From: a virus | Taxonomy: Duplodnaviria; Caudoviricetes | DNA length: 61,461 bases | IMG/VR virus record: IMGVR_UViG_3300025759_000099 | Span: 1-61,461 of that record | Strand: one strand, 5' to 3' | Program-made: the position numbers and the translations under genes | Shown: in pieces, positions 29,414-39,608 of the stretch | Layout of the letters: each line of letters begins with the position of its first letter | Numbering within the stretch: the first letter of the stretch is position 1 | The notes under the pieces: model-generated | What the model was told of the DNA's origin: nothing | Seen by the model: the letters and a program-made list of their open reading frames with translations, nothing else | The model's database searches: none

Positions 29414-31789
29414 CTATCGTGCGTTTGCGTATTTAAATGGGTTCTCTGCGAATGCCATGTAGATGTATGTTTGTCCTGACCTGTTCAAAGAATCTCCAGT
29501 CTGCCTTAATTTAAATCCATTTGATAAATAATCTATCCATGTATAAGGACTAAATTCAGCATTAGAAGAATCTGCTGCTAGATATGTGTCTACCACGTTA
29601 TATTCATTCGGGTCAGCAGACATTAGCCAAAAAGTACCTGCATAAGTTGATGATTTAACCAGCACAAAAGCAGGACGCATACCTGTGAAAATCATGGGGC
29701 CGTCACTGGAGCCATTCCCGGTGTAGCTTCCGCATTTGCACATACCGTCCAAGTTTTTCCAAAGATACAAGACCCATTTATCACCTGAACCTCCATAGTA
29801 GGAAGCATAGCTAATATCTGTACTGTTCCAGTTAGTAATACCAGAACCAGAATTTAAAAACGCTCCGCTAGTATTTAAAGAGCCGTAGGCAGGGTTTGTA
29901 TAGTTTGATGTTACCGGAGACATAAAGTACCAACTATCCGCAGCGTCCCTTCTTTTGACTACTCCCATATCTGGTGTGCCGTTTAGGTTATGAGATATAG
30001 TCCCAGCACCCCCAGTACCTGTCCATGTAACTATGTCAAAAAATTCTGAGTTTTCTTTCCAGTTCCATGCTACATAGTCTTCAGCATTAGTATTTACTTG
30101 TACGTTGTTGCCCACAGAAAAACCATTGGAGTTAAAGCTAGATAGTGATTGCGCATCTGTTGCTTCAGCGTTGGTTGAGTTGGATGACAGGTACTTAGTC
30201 GCTCCACGAACAGCATCAAACAGCATATGTCTGTCAGCGGCATCCCTGTTCTTAATCCATGTGAAGTCAGGCTGGAACTCTAAAGTGCTGATGCTCTGGC
30301 TTGTGCCATTGCCTGTATAAAGGATTGGTTCAAATACTTCATCAGGCTTAGTGTCTGAGTTCGGCCCGATAGTGGGTTCTGGGAGGTTGGCTGCTTTTAG
30401 TTCTAAAAAGTCTGTAGGCGCTGAACCAACGAACGCATATTGACCAAAATTAACTCCAAACTTGCTCCATCTACCAGAGTCGTTTGTCTGAGTCAAAGCA
30501 ATGGGGAAATAAGTCTGACTTGCAGATAAGGCTGTAAGTGTTTTCCACGGGTTTGTCCCGTTTGCAGGGTCGCCAGAAGCAAGCCATGTATTATCTCTTT
30601 CTGACCAAAGCCACATTTTGCGGGTGTCAGCATCGTAGGCAATACCAAACCAATCGCCATCTACGACAGCGTTACTTAGAGTTATGTTATCTGCTGGAGT
30701 ATAAGCACCATCTTCGTAAGCGTAGGTTGTTGTACTGCCGGGTATAGTTGCAATGACTGCGCCAGTTGAATATCCTGAGTCTCCTATTCCGTCATTGTCT
30801 GATACACCTATACCAAAAGCCGTGCTTGGAGGGTCGGTAGCCCTTGCATCAATAAACTGAACTTCCCAATACCACTTCCCAGTTGTTGGCAAACCAAAAG
30901 TAGCGCGAGTGTGTTTAAAAGCCCCGCTATCTTGTTGAGCCTCTAAATTACCGTTGGAATATGTTGTAGCAGAAATAGAAAAAGCGGCTTGCAGGGTTGG
31001 GTAATTGTTGGTGGGAGTATCTGTCATCTGGTCAGAACTTGTCAGCCCTGAAGAAGTGAAGTCGTTGTTGTTACCTGAAACATCATTGCCAAGGTCGGCT
31101 GAGTTGGAGAAGTCTAAGTAGAAGCCGTTGGTTCCGAATGTGAGTCCTGATATGTTCTTTGGAACCCAGACACCGTTCTTGTCCTCACCGAATGATGTAG
31201 GGTCTAGTGCTGTGCCGTCCACATGAGATACTTGTGAGTAATAGCCATCCCAAAATAAAATTGGAGTCCCGCTAGCATTAACACTGCAATTTATGTAGTG
31301 TCCAACCGCAGTATTCCAAATCATGTTAGCGTTTTGTGCGGGGTATGAGGATGTTGAGAAACTTGTTATTTGCACCCCATTTACATATATCTTACACCTA
31401 TCAGACGATGTTGCTTGTGTTGTATCCATAGCAACAACAATGTGATACCAAGAAGATACATCTCTGTGGAGTGCATTACTTACTAAATTTAGCGCATCTG
31501 AGTTTTGTGAGTCGTTTACTTGCAACGCACCGTTTGTGTTGTACTTGATGGAAAAAAAAGCCCCGCCAGAACTGTTTCGTGCGGCAAGCATAAAGTCAAC
31601 TGGAGTGGGACTGGCAACCTTCATCCAATAAGAAATTGTAAATGTTTTGGAGTTTCCCGCAGATGGCGTTCTACTAAGATAAGCAGAATCATCGTCATTA
31701 AAGCGCGCAGAATTATCCACCGTGTACGGGTAGAAGCTACCACCGCCAACACCAGCACTTGCCTGTATTAAGTTCTTAGAACTAGTCAT
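29414..31789 (-). CDS. Receptor-binding/tail fibre protein B (LamG/ConA plus SPRY-like and C-terminal domains), 791 aa
   Basis: Likely start MTSSKNLIQAS overlapping the upstream stop; WYHIVVA, GKWYWE, YTGNG, PDFTWIKNR. Confidence 0.8.
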   Translation of the reverse strand: MTSSKNLIQASAGVGGGSFYPYTVDNSARFNDDDSAYLSRTPSAGNSKTFTISYWMKVASPTPVDFMLAARNSSGGAFFSIKYNTNGALQVNDSQNSDALNLVSNALHRDVSSWYHIVVAMDTTQATSSDRCKIYVNGVQITSFSTSSYPAQNANMIWNTAVGHYINCSVNASGTPILFWDGYYSQVSHVDGTALDPTSFGEDKNGVWVPKNISGLTFGTNGFYLDFSNSADLGNDVSGNNNDFTSSGLTSSDQMTDTPTNNYPTLQAAFSISATTYSNGNLEAQQDSGAFKHTRATFGLPTTGKWYWEVQFIDARATDPPSTAFGIGVSDNDGIGDSGYSTGAVIATIPGSTTTYAYEDGAYTPADNITLSNAVVDGDWFGIAYDADTRKMWLWSERDNTWLASGDPANGTNPWKTLTALSASQTYFPIALTQTNDSGRWSKFGVNFGQYAFVGSAPTDFLELKAANLPEPTIGPNSDTKPDEVFEPILYTGNGTSQSISTLEFQPDFTWIKNRDAADRHMLFDAVRGATKYLSSNSTNAEATDAQSLSSFNSNGFSVGNNVQVNTNAEDYVAWNWKENSEFFDIVTWTGTGGAGTISHNLNGTPDMGVVKRRDAADSWYFMSPVTSNYTNPAYGSLNTSGAFLNSGSGITNWNSTDISYASYYGGSGDKWVLYLWKNLDGMCKCGSYTGNGSSDGPMIFTGMRPAFVLVKSSTYAGTFWLMSADPNEYNVVDTYLAADSSNAEFSPYTWIDYLSNGFKLRQTGDSLNRSGQTYIYMAFAENPFKYANAR

Positions 31790-32169
31790 TACGCCATTGC
31801 CTGTCCAGCAGTAAAGCCGTACCAAGTAGTACCGCCATCGTGCGTGATGAAAACAAAGTAGTCTGTTGCGCCACTGGCTGACAGTGTAGGAGCAGTAGCA
31901 GCAGGCCAATCAACTGAAGTAGGCCATGTGATAGCGTTACCGTCATTGACAACCTTCAGGGTAAAAGATGAAGATTTACCACTGGCTGCTGGGTTACTAA
32001 AAGTATAGGTGACTGCACCCGCCATAGCTGTAGAGAAGTTAGTGCCAGTGTCTAAGTCAATAGTGACTGCACCACTAGTACCTGTCGCGTTATATTCTTC
32101 AATAACGCCAGAGTCAAAGGTTGTTACTTTTGTGAATAGGCTATCAGCCAAGTCTCTTGCTAAACTCAT
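31789..32169 (-). CDS. Tail fibre adaptor protein (paralog of the C-terminal domain of 34498-35163)
   Basis: MSLARDLAD N-peptide; WPTSVDWP..TAPTL...DGGTTWYGF. Confidence 0.7.
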   Translation of the reverse strand: MSLARDLADSLFTKVTTFDSGVIEEYNATGTSGAVTIDLDTGTNFSTAMAGAVTYTFSNPAASGKSSSFTLKVVNDGNAITWPTSVDWPAATAPTLSASGATDYFVFITHDGGTTWYGFTAGQAMA

Positions 32170-32175
32170 TGTCGT

Positions 32176-34497
32176 TTACCTTGCGTTACTGTATTTAGAG
32201 GATGTGCCAATTGATAGGGTTATGTAGTCACCGCCAGATGCGTTGGTAGTAGAACCTGTACCCCGCAACTTCACACCATTTGATAGTGCATCTTTTATAC
32301 CACCTGATGTAGTGTTTTCAACATTTGGCGAATCAAGGAACAGTTGTTTATCCATTGGGTTGTATGGGCTACGCTTTGTATCGTAAATATTCCAACTAGC
32401 AGCTGCGTCAGTCCTTTTATTTATGTGTAAGATAGGACTAAAACCCAAATACTGAAACGCCCCGTCAGCACTTCCATTCCCTTCGTAATATCCAATCTTG
32501 CAGAAATTGGGAACATTGGCGAATAAATAAACAATCGAATTAACACCGTTTAAATTAGTGACGTTAGTCCCTACGGAAAAAACGGAGGATGTTGGCGCGG
32601 TATCGTTCCACATGGTGCTGTCGTCTATTATAGCAAGAGTGCCATTCAAAATTTGATTGTCCGTTTCTGGGTCTGGTACAGGCCATGCTTCACAATAAAC
32701 AGGCCAGTTACTTCCTGTGCCTCGGTCGTATGCTTTATTAATTATAAAAGCTGGGACTACTCCCAAATCATGCGCTACTGTTTTTGCGACTCCTGTGCCT
32801 AAATTATTTTGTATGTCAAAAAACCCCGCTGTGATTTTGAAACAATAAGCAACATAATTTTCCGTATTGGTATTGACTGCGTTTTGGTTGCCAAGGGTAA
32901 ATCCATCTGCGTCAAAACTCGTAAGACTTTCTGTACTCGTTGCTTCATCAGCAGTGGAATTCAAACTCAGATACTTAGTAGCACCACGAACCGAATCAAA
33001 GACCATCCAAGAGTCAGCGGCATCCCTGTTCTTAATCCACACCATATCAGGCTGAAAGCCGACACCTGTGATTACTTTACCGCCAGAACCAATCGCTGTG
33101 CCGTTGCCTGTGTAGAGTACAGTGGCGAAACAGTCTTCTGGTTTAATGTCTGAGTTAGGCCCGATAGTGGGTTCTGGTAAGTTGGCTGTGGATAGGGCTA
33201 AGTGGTCTGTTGGGGGTGTATGAACAAAAGCTGTTTGACCAAAATTCCATCTACCTGCTGCGCTACTATTACCAGTATAAATGCTAGTACCAAAAATATA
33301 ACCAGCAGAAGGTAAATCTATATTACTTAAAGTGTCTATTAACGTGCCATCATCATATACTTTTATTGTTCTGGGGGATGAATCTAAATCTAAAGCAAGC
33401 CCGATTACACTTCCTGTTGATATTGATGTTGTATTAGATTGTAAGAGAGTTTGGTTTCTATACCAGCCTAAGCCGGGGTAAAAACCATATCCACCCCCAT
33501 TAGTGCTTCCGATATAATTAACGTTAGATGGGTTTGTTGCTATGGCTGCATCCGCTTCAACTATTCCAAAACCGGGATAAGTACCATTCTTAGTAATTGT
33601 GCATTCTGCATACCACTTCCCGCTAGTTACAGATAATGTGCTAACAGCACTATCATAAGTTCCACTAATATAGGTATGGTATAAGTTTCCGTCAGAGATA
33701 GAGGTAGTAAGCAGAGCGTTCAGCGTAGCAAAGTTGTTACTGGGAGTATCAGTGACTTGGTCAGAACTTGTCAGCCCTGAAGATGTGAAATTGTTTGCGT
33801 TGCCTGATACGTCTGTGCCGAGTGCGGCAGAGTTGCCAAAGTCTAGCAAGAATCCGTTATTTCCCCATGTGATGCCTGATAAATCTGATGGGCAAAGTAC
33901 ACCGTTTTTAAATTCGGTGAAATCATCGTAATCAAGGTATTGACCATCAACAAAAGCTACCTGTGATAGATAATAGTCACCGTAGTTATTGGGATATGAG
34001 GCAGTAAGTCTCCCAATGTTTTGCTCTGTTGAAGCCACGTTCATATAGTTTGTGAACGCAGAAGGCGTATGCGTATCCAGAGACACGCCATTGACTATTA
34101 TTTCTGATGCTGTAGTTCCGTTTTTCCTTACTAGAAGGTGTAACCACCCGGAAGGGTCGCGGTGTGATACGTTTGCATTGCCTAGTAAATCCCTTTGTAT
34201 TCCAGAGGTTGTTTTATCCCAATAAAAAGTAGATGTGCTTCCTGTAAACGTCACCCTTTCATAGTTACTTACATTCGGGCCTGACGCCAAAATTTCTGCG
34301 GAATCGCTGGGGCTTACTAGTTTTATCCATGTACTGAACGTCCATACTCCGGCACTTGTTGGTGTCGCCTGTGTTCTGGTTAGATACGGACTGTCACCAT
34401 CATTAAACCGGCAGGAGTAATCCACCGTGTACGGGTAGAAGCTACCACCGCCAACGCCAGAGGCTGCTTGCTGCATTAGTTTGGTAAAGTTACTCAT
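32176..34497 (-). CDS. Receptor-binding/tail fibre protein A (paralog of 29414-31789)
   Basis: Same architecture; shared GVGGGSFYPYTVD, NLPEPTIGPNSD, WIKNRDAAD. Confidence 0.8.
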   Translation of the reverse strand: MSNFTKLMQQAASGVGGGSFYPYTVDYSCRFNDGDSPYLTRTQATPTSAGVWTFSTWIKLVSPSDSAEILASGPNVSNYERVTFTGSTSTFYWDKTTSGIQRDLLGNANVSHRDPSGWLHLLVRKNGTTASEIIVNGVSLDTHTPSAFTNYMNVASTEQNIGRLTASYPNNYGDYYLSQVAFVDGQYLDYDDFTEFKNGVLCPSDLSGITWGNNGFLLDFGNSAALGTDVSGNANNFTSSGLTSSDQVTDTPSNNFATLNALLTTSISDGNLYHTYISGTYDSAVSTLSVTSGKWYAECTITKNGTYPGFGIVEADAAIATNPSNVNYIGSTNGGGYGFYPGLGWYRNQTLLQSNTTSISTGSVIGLALDLDSSPRTIKVYDDGTLIDTLSNIDLPSAGYIFGTSIYTGNSSAAGRWNFGQTAFVHTPPTDHLALSTANLPEPTIGPNSDIKPEDCFATVLYTGNGTAIGSGGKVITGVGFQPDMVWIKNRDAADSWMVFDSVRGATKYLSLNSTADEATSTESLTSFDADGFTLGNQNAVNTNTENYVAYCFKITAGFFDIQNNLGTGVAKTVAHDLGVVPAFIINKAYDRGTGSNWPVYCEAWPVPDPETDNQILNGTLAIIDDSTMWNDTAPTSSVFSVGTNVTNLNGVNSIVYLFANVPNFCKIGYYEGNGSADGAFQYLGFSPILHINKRTDAAASWNIYDTKRSPYNPMDKQLFLDSPNVENTTSGGIKDALSNGVKLRGTGSTTNASGGDYITLSIGTSSKYSNAR

Positions 34498-35163
34498 TTA
34501 TGCGAGTGCCTGTCCTGAAGTAAACCCATACCAAGTTGTTCCACCGTCAACGGTAGAAAAAACAAACCAATCTACAGCACTGGCAGTAGCGGTCAATGTG
34601 GGAGCCGTAGCGGAGGGCCAGTCAACAGAAGCAGGCCATGTTACTGCAAAGCCTGACGCACTAGCGTCCTGCACAATCCTTAATGAGAAAGCGTAGGCAG
34701 TCCCAGTAGTAGGAGGGTTGCTAAAGGTAAACGTGGTCGCTTCAGTCAACGTGTGGCTAAAAACATTACCTGTTTCGCAATCTACAGTAGTGGCGTTTGA
34801 GGTAGATGTAACCGCGTTATAGGACTCGTTGTAGCTGTCGGCTATAAGTTCAGCACTAATTGTCTGGTCTGCGGTGAAAGTATTAGCAGTATTCAAACCA
34901 GCAGCGTCAGAAGGGGTAAACGTAGAATAGGCAATAATGTCTATTAAATCACCGGACGCGGCACCCGAAGCAAGAACCACGGTACTGCCATCAGTAGCTG
35001 TGAAATCTGAACCTGTTAGCCTTACACCGTTCATAAACACGTCGATAAACCCCACAGAGTATCCTTGGGACGTTGTAAACGTGGTCTGACTTGCGGTAGC
35101 AGTAAAGCTGTCTCTTGTTTGCGTAGCCTCTGGTACCGGCTGATTTCCTATATATCCTGACAT
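34498..35163 (-). CDS. Tail fibre adaptor/branching protein
   Basis: YIGNQP, FTATASQTTF...VFMNGVRL, C-terminal VDWP...DGGTTWYGF. Confidence 0.7.
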   Translation of the reverse strand: MSGYIGNQPVPEATQTRDSFTATASQTTFTTSQGYSVGFIDVFMNGVRLTGSDFTATDGSTVVLASGAASGDLIDIIAYSTFTPSDAAGLNTANTFTADQTISAELIADSYNESYNAVTSTSNATTVDCETGNVFSHTLTEATTFTFSNPPTTGTAYAFSLRIVQDASASGFAVTWPASVDWPSATAPTLTATASAVDWFVFSTVDGGTTWYGFTSGQALA

Positions 35164-35471
35164 TAGGTCTGCTCCAGTACGCTCACAATCGCATCTATTG
35201 AAGATGCCGTATCAGATGTAACTACTATAGTTTCTGTGGTTTCTGCAATAATTTTACCGTCTAAGACACTTAATGCTGATCCAGAAGGTACAGGTGCCGC
35301 TTTGACAATATACGTAGAGCCTAGTTGTACATCTACAGTCACGCTACTTGCAGTACGGTTAGCCAAGTTCAGCCCGATGATAACCGCCGTGGTACTCGCT
35401 GGGACGGTGTATACAGTGCTGGGAGACGTTCCTATTGAGGCACCCGTGTAATTTTTAAAAGTATTAGCCAT
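35163..35471 (-). CDS. Small tail-fibre-associated beta protein
   Basis: MANTFKN...YTVPASTTAVIIGLNLAN...SVLEQT. Confidence 0.7.
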   Translation of the reverse strand: MANTFKNYTGASIGTSPSTVYTVPASTTAVIIGLNLANRTASSVTVDVQLGSTYIVKAAPVPSGSALSVLDGKIIAETTETIVVTSDTASSIDAIVSVLEQT

Positions 35472-35476
35472 GATGA

Positions 35477-36007
35477 TTACCCTAAAGCTATAGACAATGC
35501 CAAGGCATCATCAACTGTTGCTTTCGTATTTAATTGAGTTTGTATATTTGATGTAACTCCATCACTGTATTGTAATTGAGTATTAGCCATAGCGTCGATA
35601 ACTGCCGCTCCCGCACCAGCGCCATCAAGATAAATAATCCTTGTCGCACCATTTTCTATGGTGACGTTTGCGCCAGAACCTTGGCTTATATCAATACTTT
35701 GGGAGCCTGTGGTAGCGTTTTCTACCCACATCAAACGACTAATTGTGTTGGGGGCAATTGTCAGTACACGAGTAGCAGTAAGGGTTGCGCTGGAAGTAAC
35801 CTTAAAATACATAGCACGACTAGGGTCAGCAGAGCCGTCAGGTACCGTAGTTGTTGAGTTTGAGTCGGTAGAGAAGCAATCTTGGGTGCCATAACCGAGT
35901 GAATCAGCAATAAGCTCTAAATTAGTATTCGATACTGTACCCCAGCTACCGATCTCGTCGCCTGTAGTTAGCTCTGTTAAGCGTAAATCATTATCGTAAG
36001 TAGCCAT
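35477..36007 (-). CDS. Tail fibre anchor protein 2
   Basis: N-terminal ~140 aa paralogous to 37035-37967; ends ALALSIALG. Confidence 0.7.
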   Translation of the reverse strand: MATYDNDLRLTELTTGDEIGSWGTVSNTNLELIADSLGYGTQDCFSTDSNSTTTVPDGSADPSRAMYFKVTSSATLTATRVLTIAPNTISRLMWVENATTGSQSIDISQGSGANVTIENGATRIIYLDGAGAGAAVIDAMANTQLQYSDGVTSNIQTQLNTKATVDDALALSIALG

Positions 36008-36019
36008 GTTCGCACCTAA

Positions 36020-36376
36020 TTAATCTTTAATTTCCCACTGCTGGGTGTCTTCATTCCAATTATAGCGTTTTCCGTCTGTCGGGTAAGGTACTGGAGGTTC
36101 CCAAATACAACTTGTTTCGTTTAGTGTCCAGCTTGGGTAAGGCTGTGGCGGTATAAAGGCATCCCTTGCGGCGTCGTAAGTAAAACCTATACCGGCAAAG
36201 TTTTTTCGCAACGGTGTGTGATTTTCGCGTAGACTTTCACCTTCCCACGCGTCCCGGTCTGTTTCCACCCATTCGCACCCGTCCGGCGTTTTTGCGTGGT
36301 TATCAATGAAATCTTGATCTGCCACTATAACGTCAACAACGACATCGTTTTGATCTATTAAAGCGAAACAATTCAC
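36020..36376 (-). CDS. Tail fibre chaperone-like protein
   Basis: RKNFAGIGFTYD..RDAFIPPQPYPSW...WEPPVPYP. Confidence 0.7.
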   Translation of the reverse strand: MNCFALIDQNDVVVDVIVADQDFIDNHAKTPDGCEWVETDRDAWEGESLRENHTPLRKNFAGIGFTYDAARDAFIPPQPYPSWTLNETSCIWEPPVPYPTDGKRYNWNEDTQQWEIKD

Positions 36377-37035
36377 GCCGTATAACTCCCACTAGAAATC
36401 CATGCCAAAATGGTGTAATCCCCATCTGTGCTAATAGACGGGGAGCCGGTATAAGTGCCGGTGTAATCATCGGTTAATAATTTTAGTTTTACAACGCCAG
36501 AACCACCACGCGCCCCGGCGGATGATTCCGTTGTGCTAGAGCCACCGCCACCGCCGCCACCTTCGCCATCCGTTCCCGGTTGTGCGACTATCCATCCAAT
36601 GCCAGCAACACCACCGTTACCGCCACCGTCAGTCCCGGCACCACCATTACCACCGCCACCGCCGCCACCAATAGCGGATTGACCTTCCCACGAAATACCA
36701 ACACCGCCAGTTGAACCGGAATTTGCGCCACCAGCACCATCGCCGCCAACTGACCCGGCGGCAGGTAGGCCACGCGCACCACCGGCGGCGGAAAGGATAG
36801 AACCGAAACTTGAAGACCCACCGTCGGTACCGCTAACACCGCCGTTTCCATTAGCCCCAACGGTAACGGTGTAAACTTTGCCCGGCACAAGTTTGCCGCT
36901 CGCTAGAGAATCACCGTTTCCACTACCACCGCTCCCAAGGGCGCTCCCGCCACCACCACCGCCAGCAATAACTAAAATACTGGCGTCTATCGTTCTGCCC
37001 CTGCCTCCTAGAACTGCTAAATGGATACCACTCAT
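36373..37035 (-). CDS. Glycine-rich receptor-binding/adhesin-like protein
   Basis: LVIAGGGGGG...YTVTVG...GGSGVV; likely start MSGIHL at 37035. Confidence 0.7.
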   Translation of the reverse strand: MSGIHLAVLGGRGRTIDASILVIAGGGGGGSALGSGGSGNGDSLASGKLVPGKVYTVTVGANGNGGVSGTDGGSSSFGSILSAAGGARGLPAAGSVGGDGAGGANSGSTGGVGISWEGQSAIGGGGGGGNGGAGTDGGGNGGVAGIGWIVAQPGTDGEGGGGGGGSSTTESSAGARGGSGVVKLKLLTDDYTGTYTGSPSISTDGDYTILAWISSGSYTA

Positions 37036-37967
37036 TAGCCGACGTTTCCTGTGATTACACAAACCGTACCAGAGATAAACAAAATAGTAGCAACGCCTCT
37101 TGTATCTAAAGTAATACTAGCTACGTCTGTATCTGTCCCAGCAATATACGCCGTAGTAATAGAACACGTTATGGTTATCCCACCAGTAGTGTTATTAAAT
37201 ACGCTTATGGCGTCGCCTTCGGAGAAAGTAGCGTCTGGGATGGTAATAGACCCGCCACTACCTACCTGTACATATTGACCTACATCAGAGGTTGTAAGGG
37301 TGTAGCTGGTCGTTTTAGTGCCAACAGGAGGAATCGCTCTTACACTACCATCTTGATCGGACAGCGTAGTAAACGTACCGGCTCCTGCCGACGAACCTCC
37401 CACAGTCACACCATCAACCGTACCGCCGTTTATGTCAGCGGTAGTAACCGACCCTAAATTAGAGACTGTTGCACCTGTGAAATTAACCGTGCCAGTAGCG
37501 GTAAGGTCTGTAAACGACCCCGGTATTGCCGCCAGAGAAAGGTTGGCAGTTATATCAACTACTGCCGCAGTAGCCCCTGCGCCGTCTAAATAAACTAGTT
37601 TTGAACTGCCATTTGGGACTGTTACATTTGACCCACTACCTTGACTAATCTGAATACTTTGAGAGCCAGTAGTAGCGTTCTCAATAAACATGACCCTAGA
37701 TATTGTATTAGGGGCTATTGTGAGTGTTCTAGTAGCTGTGAGAGTTGCGCTAGATGTTACTTTGAGATAAAAAGCCCTAGTAGGGTCAGCAACCCCATCA
37801 GCGACTGTTATGGTGGCATCCGCATCAGTAGCAAACCCATCTTCAGTGCCGTACCCTAAAGCATCAGCAATAAGCTCAAGATTGGTGTTCGTACTTGTAC
37901 CCCAAGTACCGTCCTCATCGCCCGTGGTTATTTCTTTTAGTCTTAAATTATTTATATAGGTAGCCAT
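37035..37967 (-). CDS. Tail fibre anchor protein 1
   Basis: TGDEDGTWGTSTNTNLELI N-terminus; Thr/Gly-rich shaft INGGTVDG. Confidence 0.75.
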   Translation of the reverse strand: MATYINNLRLKEITTGDEDGTWGTSTNTNLELIADALGYGTEDGFATDADATITVADGVADPTRAFYLKVTSSATLTATRTLTIAPNTISRVMFIENATTGSQSIQISQGSGSNVTVPNGSSKLVYLDGAGATAAVVDITANLSLAAIPGSFTDLTATGTVNFTGATVSNLGSVTTADINGGTVDGVTVGGSSAGAGTFTTLSDQDGSVRAIPPVGTKTTSYTLTTSDVGQYVQVGSGGSITIPDATFSEGDAISVFNNTTGGITITCSITTAYIAGTDTDVASITLDTRGVATILFISGTVCVITGNVG

Positions 37968-37978
37968 TATTCTTTACC

Positions 37979-38191
37979 TCAAACCATCGTATGGCCTTCT
38001 GCCACCGGGACGCTCGTAGCGTATATTTTTAAATTTTTTTGTAGGTTAAGTGTTTGCCCACAATCAGAACAAGTATCTGCTTCTAACTCAGATTCGTCTA
38101 GGTCAAACCCACAATTAGCGCATAAAATCTCAATTTCATGTTTTGGGTCTATACCACTTTCTAAAGTAACTGCTGTTGTTACCGTTTTCAT
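37979..38191 (-). CDS. Small Zn-ribbon protein of the structural module
   Basis: CANCG...CSDCG; start MKTVTT overlaps the previous stop. Confidence 0.65.
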   Translation of the reverse strand: MKTVTTAVTLESGIDPKHEIEILCANCGFDLDESELEADTCSDCGQTLNLQKNLKIYATSVPVAEGHTMV

Positions 38192-38856
38192 GCTGCAATA
38201 TCCGTCCAGTTCGATGTTTGATTCGGGACTATTTCCGTCCAGTTTGCATTTTGATTTGGGATTATTTCCCCCCAAACTAGTACAGTATTTAGTTGTCCAG
38301 TTGCCTCTACACCTGTTGGGAAGGCAGTCGCACCTAGCTCTAGCGTTACATCTCCAACCGCACTGTTAGCTGCAACTCCCGTAACATTTACGTAAGTTAT
38401 TGTTATTACAGTAGCCGTACCTAACGCGCTAGTACCTACAACCCCTGTAACACTTACATTAGCATCGGCGGTGACTGAAGTTGTACCTAACTCAGAGGTA
38501 GCTTCAACACCGTTGACGTTTGCATTAGCATCACCCGTCGCAGTTGCCGTACCCAGCGCCGTAGTTCCGGCTACACCGGTAATACTTACATTAGCCTCGG
38601 CGCTTACGGTTATAGTCCCAAGCTCTGCTGTAGCGGCTTGACCTAATACATCTACATTCCCATCAGCATTAGCAACAACATTACCTAGAGTTGTAGTGCC
38701 TTGAACACCCGTAAGACTAACGCTAACGCCGGTGGTTACAGATTCTTCCCCAAGAGACGTAGTGAGTTCGAAGGTGCCGTAGCTACCTTCTCCCCACGGG
38801 CCAAAACCCCACGGGCCTCGACCCCAACCCTCAAATACGACTCTTACGTCTGCCAT
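38188..38856 (-). CDS. Virion structural protein with ~24-aa T/G/V repeats
   Basis: GWGRGPWGFGPWGE then repeated VTGV.GT.ALGT units. Confidence 0.7.
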   Translation of the reverse strand: MADVRVVFEGWGRGPWGFGPWGEGSYGTFELTTSLGEESVTTGVSVSLTGVQGTTTLGNVVANADGNVDVLGQAATAELGTITVSAEANVSITGVAGTTALGTATATGDANANVNGVEATSELGTTSVTADANVSVTGVVGTSALGTATVITITYVNVTGVAANSAVGDVTLELGATAFPTGVEATGQLNTVLVWGEIIPNQNANWTEIVPNQTSNWTDIAA

Positions 38857-38857
38857 A

Positions 38858-39304
38858 CTAGGCTATCCGTATAATCGCGTTACTAGCATCCGCCGTTGGG
38901 AAAACAATGGTAAAGTCACCCGCAGAGGATGATTTGTCCGAACCGAAGTCCAGTACAGCAACTGCCTTATCAGACTGAGTGCTGTTATAGATCAACGCGC
39001 CTCTGGCGGTAATAGTCGATGAAGACCAAGTAGTATCCGCAAAGTCAGTAAACGCAGTTGTTCCAGAGCTTGTGGGGGCTACAGTAGTAAGAGTATTACC
39101 TCCTGCAACATACCCTGTTCCAGACGTTTCGTCAGACGTGCTATACGCCGTTGTGGTCGCATCTAAAGTAGCAGAGCTAGTGAACAGGGCAATTTTCATT
39201 GTATCCGCTGTTGTGCCAGCACGAGCCACTGTAGTACCAAAGGCGTGAATGCCATTAAGCATTTCAACCTTAAAAGAAGTACACATTGCCTGTGTAATTG
39301 CCAT
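38858..39304 (-). CDS. Conserved virion structural protein
   Basis: AMCTSFKVE...KIALFTSSA...GYVAGG...ARGALIYN...VLDFGSDK. Confidence 0.75.
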   Translation of the reverse strand: MAITQAMCTSFKVEMLNGIHAFGTTVARAGTTADTMKIALFTSSATLDATTTAYSTSDETSGTGYVAGGNTLTTVAPTSSGTTAFTDFADTTWSSSTITARGALIYNSTQSDKAVAVLDFGSDKSSSAGDFTIVFPTADASNAIIRIA

Positions 39305-39314
39305 GATTATTACC

Positions 39315-39608
39315 TCATATTTTGCTAATAATTCGAGCCAAGTCAGCGTGGCCCTGTTTTGCTAACTCAGCGCAAATAGTTGTCCTATCTGAGCGAATCG
39401 CTTCTTTCATATAAAAAGTAATTAACTCTCTTATATGATCCTTAAACACCATCGCTTGTGCCTTGACCATTGGATCGGCTGTTTCACTAACAGAAATTAA
39501 CTTCTCCATAGCCCGCTCTGCAAGCTCTTCTGGTGTATGTCCACGGTTGTTTGTGGTAAAAACTTTTATATCTGCACCAAGCTCATTGTTTGCTGTGTTA
39601 CCTAACAT
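39315..39608 (-). CDS. Conserved hypothetical protein
   Basis: TTNNRGHTPEELAE...QAMVFK...SDRTT. Confidence 0.7.
   Translation of the reverse strand: MLGNTANNELGADIKVFTTNNRGHTPEELAERAMEKLISVSETADPMVKAQAMVFKDHIRELITFYMKEAIRSDRTTICAELAKQGHADLARIISKI

Noticed and set aside
31789-31909. N-terminal 40 aa of the 831-aa ORF call
   Set aside because: Overlaps the upstream gene; paralogy with 32176-34497 places the start at 31789.
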